Source: an uncultured virus (IMG/VR IMGVR_UViG_3300048033_000643)
Lineage: Duplodnaviria > Heunggongvirae > Uroviricota > Caudoviricetes > Crassvirales
Reading direction: 5' to 3' (one strand)
DNA: 20,000 nt
Virus record (IMG/VR): IMGVR_UViG_3300048033_000643
This document shows, one piece after another, positions 1-6,174 of the stretch. Position 1 is the first letter of the stretch. Each line of letters opens with the position of its first letter. Made by a program: the position numbers and the translations under genes. Under the pieces are notes generated by a model. The model searched no databases. It saw only the letters and a program-made list of their open reading frames with translations, and was not told the DNA's origin.

Positions 1-2
1 CG

Positions 3-500
3 TGCGGGTTTGCGATCGGCTCAAGGGCGGGCGCTAAAAAAATGACTCTTGGCGTATGTCATCCCCGAAGTCATTCAGAAGATTCAGTTAATGAAATTTT
101 CATGTCGCCACAAATTGACGATTCTATTCAAACGCTCGGCACATTAGCGCATGAATTAATACACGCAATTGACGACTGCAAGAGCGGACACGGGAAAGCT
201 TTCCGAGACATGGCGCACGCTATAGGGTTAACGGGCAAAATGACCTCAACAACTGAAACGCCTGAGTTGGTAGAGATATTAAAAACCATTGTTGCTGATC
301 TTGGCGAATATCCACACGCTAAACTAAACCTAAACAAGCGCCCAAAACAGGGAACGCGTAACATTAAAATGGAATGCACCGACGACCACGGGAACGGGTG
401 CGGGTTTAGTTTCAGAACGTCGCAAAAAAATGTAGACATGATTCAAGTTGTAACCTGCCCCGCCTGTTGTAGCGAAACGAGTTACTTAAGCATAGCTTAA
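3..500 (+). CDS. SprT-like zinc metalloprotease with C-terminal Zn ribbon (5'-partial)
   Basis: HELIH (HExxH) motif followed by GHGKAF, as in SprT-like families. C-terminal Cys pairs (C-x7-C, CPAC). The frame is open upstream of ATG 42 to the window edge (CGFAIGSRAGAKK), so the true start is probably outside the window. Confidence 0.75.
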   Translation, partial: CGFAIGSRAGAKKMTLGVCHPRSHSEDSVNEIFMSPQIDDSIQTLGTLAHELIHAIDDCKSGHGKAFRDMAHAIGLTGKMTSTTETPELVEILKTIVADLGEYPHAKLNLNKRPKQGTRNIKMECTDDHGNGCGFSFRTSQKNVDMIQVVTCPACCSETSYLSIA

Positions 501-502
501 GA

Positions 503-514
503 GCGTTTAAACGC
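503..514. repeat. Palindrome GCGTTTAAACGC, first member of a dispersed GTTTAAAC array
   Basis: Core GTTTAAAC read at 505, 968, 1413, 1871, 2529, 3406, 4501, 5771, 6146, 9437, 11275 and 17064. Confidence 0.9.
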
Positions 515-516
515 CC

Positions 517-562
517 CCGACACCCCGCCTAGATAATAGCGCGGGGATTTGGTGGTAGTAAC
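517..562 (+). promoter_or_regulatory. Hairpin + GGATTTGGTGGTAG leader element, copy 1
   Basis: Stem CCCCGC (523-528)/GCGGGG (541-546) with inner CTA/TAG, followed by ATTTGGTGGTAGTAAC about 20 nt before ATG 580. The same architecture occurs at 5798-5842. Confidence 0.6.
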
Positions 563-579
563 TTTAATTAAATAAAATT

Positions 580-1224
580 ATGATTAGATTTAGTAAAGCG
601 GGAAAAATGCCGTGCCGATCTTGGAGTCTTCAAGCGTTGGACACTTGCCCCGCGTCCCGTGATAAAAGCGGGGAACTTGTTCCCGCTTGTAAGGGTTGTT
701 ATGCCGTCGGCGGTAACTATAGATTTAAAAACGTTAAGAGCGTACGCGAAGAAAACCGCAAAGACTGGAAGCGGGACGACTGGGCGCAAGACATGATTGA
801 GGAAATGAATTTAAACGATCGTTTTTTTCGGTGGTTTGATTCGGGGGACATTTATAGCATTCGATTAGCTGAAAAAATACTAGAAATTTGCACGGCTACG
901 CCGTGGGTTTTTCATTGGATCCCAACAAGAATGTACAAACTTTCAAAGTTTCGCCCCATCTTAGAGCGTTTAAACGCATTGCCTAACGTTGTTGTGCGCT
1001 ATAGTTCCGACGGCGTAAACGGGGAAACCATAGACGGCGCGGAATATCAAAGCACAATAATAAGCGACAAAACAAAATTAAATCCGAGTTTCAAAATCTG
1101 CAAGGCATACGAGAACGGCGGGAAATGTTTAAAATGTCGCGCGTGTTGGAGTAAAGAAAATAAAATAATTGCGTACATGGGACACGGCGCAAGCATGAGA
1201 AAAGAACAATTAAAAATAAATTAA
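580..1224 (+). CDS. Gp88-like (GP88 family) Cys-rich phage protein, possibly Fe-S/radical-SAM-related
   Basis: SKAGKMPCRSWSL..CP, CKGCYA, FRWFDSGD, HWIPTR and C-terminal CxxCxxCW motifs resemble the phage gene product 88 family. Confidence 0.7.
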   Translation: MIRFSKAGKMPCRSWSLQALDTCPASRDKSGELVPACKGCYAVGGNYRFKNVKSVREENRKDWKRDDWAQDMIEEMNLNDRFFRWFDSGDIYSIRLAEKILEICTATPWVFHWIPTRMYKLSKFRPILERLNALPNVVVRYSSDGVNGETIDGAEYQSTIISDKTKLNPSFKICKAYENGGKCLKCRACWSKENKIIAYMGHGASMRKEQLKIN

Positions 1225-1241
1225 ATTAAAATTAAAATACT

Positions 1242-1364
1242 ATGAAAAAATTAAATTTTTATGTGTACGTTTTTAAAAGCGGAAATATTGCCCCGTTTGA
1301 AATATCAGGGGAAAAAATCATTGGTATATGGAAAGTATACAAAACTTTTAAAACAAAACTATGA
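1242..1364 (+). CDS. Small hypothetical protein, 40 aa (MKKLNFYVYVFKSGNIAPFEISGEKIIGIWKVYKTFKTKL), absent from the ORF track
   Basis: A-rich leader. Fills the gap, and its TGA overlaps ATG 1361 (ATGA coupling). Confidence 0.65.
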   Translation: MKKLNFYVYVFKSGNIAPFEISGEKIIGIWKVYKTFKTKL

Positions 1365-1588
1365 GCAACAAAGCGCAATTTTTCCACAACGTAAAGAAAG
1401 CAAAGAGACAACGTTTAAACGCTATCTATACTAAAAGCGAATTATTAAAATTCTTCAATGATAAATTTATTGAAGTTTACCCGCATTACAATTACACGAC
1501 AAAAGAAACGACATTTGAAGTGCGAAGTATTAAGAATGTAATTTGGGAAAACCACGAGACACCGCAAGAAATAATAAATGAATATTAA
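1361..1588 (+). CDS. Hypothetical protein
   Basis: ORF track, coupled start, co-oriented cluster. Confidence 0.7.
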   Translation: MSNKAQFFHNVKKAKRQRLNAIYTKSELLKFFNDKFIEVYPHYNYTTKETTFEVRSIKNVIWENHETPQEIINEY

Positions 1589-1605
1589 TTAAAATAAATA
1601 AAATT

Positions 1606-1917
1606 ATGAGTAGTAAACACATTGAATTATCAAAATTAAATCACATTAAAATAGAGTCTGCAATAGTAAGGGACAGAGTCGGCGAAATCTTAGAGACTTT
1701 TTTTCTTCATAAAGACATAGGGACAGACATTCAAGAAATTACATCTTTATTAATTAACCATAATGTAATGGAAGAAACACAGGTTGAAAGATTAGAAACA
1801 TTTTTAGAAAGAATCGGTAAAAGTTTATGGAAGTCAGCAAACGAGTACGACAAAGCAAAAATTGAAGAGCGTTTAAACGTACCGAAGAAAAAAAATAACA
1901 GAGGTAAAAGAAAATAA
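1606..1917 (+). CDS. Hypothetical protein with basic C-terminal tail
   Basis: ORF track, A-rich leader. Confidence 0.75.
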   Translation: MSSKHIELSKLNHIKIESAIVRDRVGEILETFFLHKDIGTDIQEITSLLINHNVMEETQVERLETFLERIGKSLWKSANEYDKAKIEERLNVPKKKNNRGKRK

Positions 1918-1927
1918 ATAAAAATAA

Positions 1928-1960
1928 TTAGGAATTAATAATAAATTTGTTATATATTCG
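1928..1960 (+). promoter_or_regulatory. Putative Bacteroidota-type promoter (-33 TTAGG, -7 TATATTCG)
   Basis: TATATTCG (1953-1960) differs from the TAnnTTTG consensus at one position. A 20-nt AT-rich spacer separates it from TTAGG (1928-1932). Intergenic. Confidence 0.5.
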
Positions 1961-2129
1961 TAAAGTAATTAACAACAAAAGATTAATAATCTTAAAGGAC
2001 AACGAGTAAAGGTCAGAGTTTCCGAGTTTAAAAATTACGATTGATCTATCAAATAAATAGTAACAAGGTGTAAAATGGTGGCACCTACTCTAAGATAAAT
2101 TAAAACACCTGTAATTTTAAATAAATAGA

Positions 2130-2483
2130 ATGAAACTTTTAACTAATGGAATTTTAAAAATTGACGGAAGTTTAGACATAGAAATGTTAACGACTCCCGA
2201 AGAATGCGAAGAAATATTAAGTATTTTATCCATTCGTCAGCTAGTGGCAAAAATTGCCGACGGGGATATTGAATCTTCAGAACTTGAGCAAGCAAGCGCA
2301 GTAATTAAATGCTCAAATATTGATTATATGTTTGGCTTGTTAAAATCAGGGCAAAAAAATAAAGAGTTAATTTCTTTAGAAGAAAAAATCTATCTAAAAC
2401 AAATTAGATTAGCTAAAGAAAAAAGGGAAAGAGTAGAACCTTTCAATAAATTAATCAAGTCTCTGAAAGATTGGGATAAATAA
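2130..2483 (+). CDS. Hypothetical protein
   Basis: ORF track, A-rich leader. Confidence 0.75.
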   Translation: MKLLTNGILKIDGSLDIEMLTTPEECEEILSILSIRQLVAKIADGDIESSELEQASAVIKCSNIDYMFGLLKSGQKNKELISLEEKIYLKQIRLAKEKRERVEPFNKLIKSLKDWDK

Positions 2484-2493
2484 AATAAATAAA

Positions 2494-2841
2494 ATGACTA
2501 AAATTAATTTAAATAATTATCCGAGAGTGTTTAAACGCCACACTAAATTTTGGGCTGATTTTCATGACTACATAGAAAATTGTATCAATGGCGAAAAGAA
2601 AATGAATTTAGCGAAGTACAATTTAATAGTTTCTAAAAGAGATGTTTCCCTTTGGACTAAGTTAAATGTAAAACCTCATAGAGGTTGGAAAGTATCGCAA
2701 GTAAAAGAATACTTTGGAATCAAAGGAAGTAAAAAAACTTTGCTAGACAATTTCACAAAAGTGTTTGAGGAGTATATGTTATTAGAGAAAGAATTGACAA
2801 AGAAAGCGATGTTAGGAAACGTTCACATGGACGCATGGTAA
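2494..2841 (+). CDS. Hypothetical phage protein
   Basis: ORF track. Ends 8 nt before the tRNA. Confidence 0.75.
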   Translation: MTKINLNNYPRVFKRHTKFWADFHDYIENCINGEKKMNLAKYNLIVSKRDVSLWTKLNVKPHRGWKVSQVKEYFGIKGSKKTLLDNFTKVFEEYMLLEKELTKKAMLGNVHMDAW

Positions 2842-2849
2842 AAAATAAT

Positions 2850-2922
2850 TGCGGGTTAGAGCAGTGGTCAGCTCGTGAGTCTCATAAACTCAAGGTCATA
2901 GGTTCGAATCCTTTACCCGCAA
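2850..2922 (+). tRNA. tRNA-Met(CAT) with initiator-like body and atypical anticodon stem; CCA not encoded
   Basis: Acceptor TGCGGGT/ACCCGCA, D-stem GAGC/GCTC, anticodon arm TGAGT-CTCATAA-ACTCA, variable region AGGTC, T-arm ATAGG-TTCGAAT-CCTTT, discriminator A. Confidence 0.92.
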
Positions 2923-2924
2923 CA

Positions 2925-3108
2925 AAATCAGTATCTGAGATTAAATCAGGAACTCAGACTAAGCTTATTCCTGAACCAATGCCGTTGCAACGGCTACTTA
3001 ACCGAACGAGACTTAAAGTCTTTCAGTACATTAAGGAACGGGATAAAAGTAAGGCTGATTTCAAAATGTAGAAATAGGCGAGTATTGAAACAAGGGTACT
3101 AATTTCTA
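2925..3108 (+). ncRNA. Candidate structured ncRNA with an H-type pseudoknot, downstream of the tRNA
   Basis: Closing stem 2925-2932/3054-3061. Pseudoknot 2934-2939/2953-2958 plus 2946-2952/2968-2974. Hairpins at 2981-2994, 3008-3022 and 3069-3108. Confidence 0.55.
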
Positions 3109-3109
3109 A

Positions 3110-3148
3110 CGAGGGGTGGCAATACTCCAAACCCCTCGGCATTTTTTT
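3110..3148 (+). terminator. Rho-independent terminator
   Basis: Stem CGAGGGGT (3110-3117)/ACCCCTCG (3131-3138) followed by T7 (3142-3148). Confidence 0.7.
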
Positions 3149-3167
3149 AAAAAGTAAATTATTAATT

Positions 3168-3428
3168 ATGGCAAATATAAATTTCAGTAACGAGACAACA
3201 AAGCAATTGTTGGATTGTAAAAACGCACAGGTCGAGGCGTTACAAAAAGATCGACAAAAGAATATTGATTTTCTAAAACGACTAATAGAATACGTTGAAA
3301 ATCCAAAACATTCTGAAAACGAGTGGTCAGAGGATTTTCTAAGTGACGGCGAAATGTTGGATATAGTTGTTGATCAGTTAAAAAAATTCACAGCGATAAG
3401 ACATCGTTTAAACAACCCCAAATCATGA
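3168..3428 (+). CDS. Hypothetical protein
   Basis: ORF track. Stop overlaps the next ATG at 3425. Confidence 0.75.
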   Translation: MANINFSNETTKQLLDCKNAQVEALQKDRQKNIDFLKRLIEYVENPKHSENEWSEDFLSDGEMLDIVVDQLKKFTAIRHRLNNPKS

Positions 3429-3556
3429 GTAAAGAGTATATAATTAGTAAACTCAGGGATTTAAGAGACGAAACACCTTGTATAGAGGATTCACAAACTG
3501 CCTGTGGGTGCGAAAAGTTTGATGAAATAATAGATTTAATACAAAAAAATTTATGA
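3425..3556 (+). CDS. Small hypothetical protein, 43 aa (MSKEYIISKLRDLRDETPCIEDSQTACGCEKFDEIIDLIQKNL), absent from the ORF track
   Basis: ATGA overlaps at both ends (3425-3428 and 3553-3556). Confidence 0.7.
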   Translation: MSKEYIISKLRDLRDETPCIEDSQTACGCEKFDEIIDLIQKNL

Positions 3557-3750
3557 GTAAAGAAAAATTTCATTGGGAAGAAGACACTTGGGGTGTAGTT
3601 GTTACAGAAGCGGGCGACACATTAGAGATAAACTTGCACACTTGCGATGTTTCAGGAAGACAATACATAACTTTTTATCCTGAACTTACGACAGATGTTC
3701 ATGCTTCAAATAAAGTATTGGCACATTATGAAGTATTTAAAAAAGATTAA
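3553..3750 (+). CDS. Hypothetical protein
   Basis: ORF track, coupled start. Confidence 0.72.
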   Translation: MSKEKFHWEEDTWGVVVTEAGDTLEINLHTCDVSGRQYITFYPELTTDVHASNKVLAHYEVFKKD

Positions 3751-3751
3751 T

Positions 3752-4090
3752 ATGAATACTTGGATAGATAAAAATAGATTAATAGCAGAATTTATGGGAG
3801 TAGACCAAGTTGATATTGATACTTGGTGTGATGAATATACCGAATTAAAATACCAAACTTCTTGGGATTGGTTGATGCCCGTAATAGAGAAAATAGAAAC
3901 TCTTGGTTACACCTTTGAGAAAAACTATCAGCCAATAGACAAAGATTGGCAGTCATTAATAGTAAAAGGCAATGATATTCTTTATCAAGAATTTGATAAC
4001 GAAAGCATAAAAGCATCTTACTATGTGGTGTGTGAATTAATTGCCCAATTATGGGAAAAGAAAATAAGATTTAAAAAAAGTAAATTATGA
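3752..4090 (+). CDS. Hypothetical phage protein, possibly phage ABA-sandwich-like; start revised from 3695 to 3752
   Basis: NRLIAEFMG...Y..SWDWLMPVIEKIE pattern that I recall from Bacteroidota phage early genes. ATG 3752 lies 1 nt after the upstream stop. Confidence 0.7.
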   Translation: MNTWIDKNRLIAEFMGVDQVDIDTWCDEYTELKYQTSWDWLMPVIEKIETLGYTFEKNYQPIDKDWQSLIVKGNDILYQEFDNESIKASYYVVCELIAQLWEKKIRFKKSKL

Positions 4091-4371
4091 AATTAAAAGT
4101 AACGAGTTACAGAGAATTTGATACTCGACGAGGAGTAGGGTATGAATGTAAAACCAACGTAAAAGGTCTTTCCATTTGGAATGATGGCGATGGTGGATGC
4201 ACTTATTTTAGTGGGAATGAACACACTACAAGTGGAAAGATAATTTGGGAATATTCCGAAAAATATAATGAGAATCAAATAGAAGTTTTGATTGATGAAT
4301 TTCTGGGAATAACACCATATCAAAGATTAGAGGAAGAAAAAAAGTTTAAAGCTAAATTCAATTTATCATGA
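4087..4371 (+). CDS. Hypothetical phage protein (WNDGDGGCT motif)
   Basis: ORF track, ATGA coupling at both ends. Confidence 0.75.
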   Translation: MKLKVTSYREFDTRRGVGYECKTNVKGLSIWNDGDGGCTYFSGNEHTTSGKIIWEYSEKYNENQIEVLIDEFLGITPYQRLEEEKKFKAKFNLS

Positions 4372-4610
4372 ACGTAAAAGGAACTTATTGTATAACAGAA
4401 AGTATGGAACAATATAATCTCGAAATAGATTATCAGTATTACCATAAAAAACCTACACATTACGATCCACTTGAAGATCAGTTAGATATAAAAGAAGTGC
4501 GTTTAAACGGGATGGACATAACTAAATTCTATTGGGATTATCTCGATGAGGATATGTTTATTGATGTTTATGAGTACGCAGTAGAAAATAAATATGAAAA
4601 TCATGAGTAA
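4368..4610 (+). CDS. Hypothetical acidic/aromatic protein
   Basis: ORF track, coupled start. Confidence 0.75.
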   Translation: MNVKGTYCITESMEQYNLEIDYQYYHKKPTHYDPLEDQLDIKEVRLNGMDITKFYWDYLDEDMFIDVYEYAVENKYENHE

Positions 4611-4935
4611 AGAAATTAAAACCACTTACCAATATTCAGACTATAGGGGTAGTGAAATGATATGGTCAACAGAAGATATAGAGTCAATAGCTAAAAATTT
4701 AGATATTAATTATTTAGATTTTGATGACTATGATAAAATTCTGCACGATACATTTAAAAATTATGGTGCTGAGATCATGGACGAAGTCAGAGGGTTCTTT
4801 GAGGCTCAGGTTTATAATCATGCAAAAGCATTACAACACGAACACATTGACTTTGATGATTTCATGCCTATGAAAAAACACATGGAAAAATGTGAAGACA
4901 TTATAATTGAATCAATTAAAAAGAAAAAATCATGA
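4594..4935 (+). CDS. Hypothetical acidic protein (alternative start 4603)
   Basis: ORF track, overlaps both neighbours. Confidence 0.75.
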   Translation: MKIMSKEIKTTYQYSDYRGSEMIWSTEDIESIAKNLDINYLDFDDYDKILHDTFKNYGAEIMDEVRGFFEAQVYNHAKALQHEHIDFDDFMPMKKHMEKCEDIIIESIKKKKS

Positions 4936-5213
4936 GTATAAAATTAGATAGAATTGTAGCAATTGCTACCGATTTAAAAAACGATACTGAGTGGGTTAAC
5001 GATAGTCATTCTGAATATGAACACAAAGGTGTTGTTCATGGCTTAGATAGATTAATATCTCATCTAAAAGAAACTAAACCAACTGATGTAGAGAAGTTTT
5101 CTCAAACTCCTTTATATGAATGGTTTAATAATTTTGTTGATTATGTACAAGATAATCATAGAAACATTTATAACGAAGCGTGTGACTACGCTGATAAAAA
5201 AGAAGAGTTATGA
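4932..5213 (+). CDS. Hypothetical protein
   Basis: ORF track, ATGA coupling. Confidence 0.75.
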   Translation: MSIKLDRIVAIATDLKNDTEWVNDSHSEYEHKGVVHGLDRLISHLKETKPTDVEKFSQTPLYEWFNNFVDYVQDNHRNIYNEACDYADKKEEL

Positions 5214-5347
5214 GACATATTATAGCAATGTTAGATAATATCTATTTTGAAGTGAAAGAGTACGCACTAGAATCTGAGGATAAAGAAAAGGTTTTAGAAA
5301 AAATAAATGAAGTTCAAAATCAAGTAGAAAATTTATATGAAAAATAA
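5210..5347 (+). CDS. Small helical hypothetical protein, 45 aa (MRHIIAMLDNIYFEVKEYALESEDKEKVLEKINEVQNQVENLYEK), absent from the ORF track
   Basis: ATGA overlap with the upstream stop. Fills the gap. Confidence 0.68.
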   Translation: MRHIIAMLDNIYFEVKEYALESEDKEKVLEKINEVQNQVENLYEK

Positions 5348-5480
5348 AAAAAGACAATATCGCAGTAATCAAGGGCGAAGTCCAAAAAAAGAAAATGAAA
5401 TATTTCATCTTCTCAAATTAACTTTAATAGTATGCTCTTGTTTCGTTTTACTTTTAACTTTAGCTAAAATATTATTATGA
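5337..5480 (+). CDS. Small single-pass membrane protein, 47 aa (MKNKKRQYRSNQGRSPKKENEIFHLLKLTLIVCSCFVLLLTLAKILL), absent from the ORF track
   Basis: Basic N-terminus and a hydrophobic C-terminal stretch of about 22 aa. TGA overlaps ATG 5477. Confidence 0.7.
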   Translation: MKNKKRQYRSNQGRSPKKENEIFHLLKLTLIVCSCFVLLLTLAKILL

Positions 5481-5704
5481 ATTACAGAAAAGACAATATA
5501 GAATTAATAGGAAAAGTTTTAGAATTAGAAGGGCAAATTAAAGAATTAAAAAAAGTTCTGGTAATATCCGCTAATGAAAGAGATTTTTATAAGAAAAAGT
5601 TTTCTCAATGCAATGAGTGGGGCGGATCAGAGGAGTATGTTTCTAAAGAAGTTCCCTTAAATAAATTACTTTTAGTATTAGGAAATGATAAAAAAATAAA
5701 TTAA
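5477..5704 (+). CDS. Hypothetical coiled-coil protein
   Basis: ORF track, heptad-like N-terminal half. Confidence 0.7.
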   Translation: MNYRKDNIELIGKVLELEGQIKELKKVLVISANERDFYKKKFSQCNEWGGSEEYVSKEVPLNKLLLVLGNDKKIN

Positions 5705-5763
5705 ATTTACCTTGCTATGTATATTATTGATCCTGAATTAGAAGAACTATATCAAACACAATT

Positions 5764-5794
5764 TTTGTTTGTTTAAACGCTTTGTTTGTTTAAA
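5764..5794. repeat. 14-nt direct repeat TTTGTTTGTTTAAA x2
   Basis: Copies at 5764-5777 and 5781-5794. The first copy extends into GTTTAAAC (5771-5778). Confidence 0.85.
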
Positions 5795-5797
5795 TTG

Positions 5798-5842
5798 CGC
5801 CAACCTCTTAGTCAAAAGCTAAGAGGATTTGGTGGTAGAAAC
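5798..5842 (+). promoter_or_regulatory. Hairpin + GGATTTGGTGGTAG leader element, copy 2
   Basis: Stem CCTCTTAG (5804-5811)/CTAAGAGG (5819-5826), followed by ATTTGGTGGTAGAAAC about 18 nt before ATG 5857. Confidence 0.6.
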
Positions 5843-5856
5843 CATAATTTAATAAA

Positions 5857-6174
5857 ATGAAAAAAGATATTTTTGACTACTACGCAAATTCTGTAGCAAA
5901 ACAATTTAACATAACCTTAGAGCAGTTATTTACTCAAACAAAGGTAAGTCATATAGTAGACGCTCGACAAATTCTTTACTATCTATGTATTGAAAGACCT
6001 ATTAAAAAAAGTTACATCAAAACTTTTTTACAAGAACAAGGATATCAAGTCTCTCATTCAACTATGGAACACGGATATAAAAAAGCAGTTCAGCTTATTG
6101 AAAGCGATCCTGATTTTCAGAAAATGATTTTAGATATTAAACAACGTTTAAACGTAACGTTAAATGATAATTGA
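5857..6174 (+). CDS. Stand-alone DnaA C-terminal (domain IV) helix-turn-helix-like DNA-binding protein
   Basis: VAKQFNITLEQL...IVDARQILYYL...HSTMEHGYKK parallels the DnaA domain IV pattern (VA..Y.I....L...R....RQIAMYL...DHTTV.HA..K). Confidence 0.75.
   Translation: MKKDIFDYYANSVAKQFNITLEQLFTQTKVSHIVDARQILYYLCIERPIKKSYIKTFLQEQGYQVSHSTMEHGYKKAVQLIESDPDFQKMILDIKQRLNVTLNDN

Noticed and set aside
2923..3061. Theta/HDV-like ribozyme or a named riboswitch after the tRNA
   Set aside because: I could not map the HDV nested double pseudoknot or any riboswitch consensus onto it, so it is kept as an unassigned structured RNA.
2835..3071. 78-aa ORF from the ORF track
   Set aside because: It overlaps the whole tRNA-Met and the structured RNA candidate, so it is most likely spurious.
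5717..5776. 19-aa ORF MYIIDPELEELYQTQFLFV
   Set aside because: Too short, not coupled to neighbours and runs into the repeat region, so it cannot be supported.
505..6153. Palindrome array read as a CRISPR array or REP-like repeats
   Set aside because: Units are only 8-14 bp, lie hundreds of bp apart and are mostly inside genes. There is no repeat-spacer periodicity and no cas genes.
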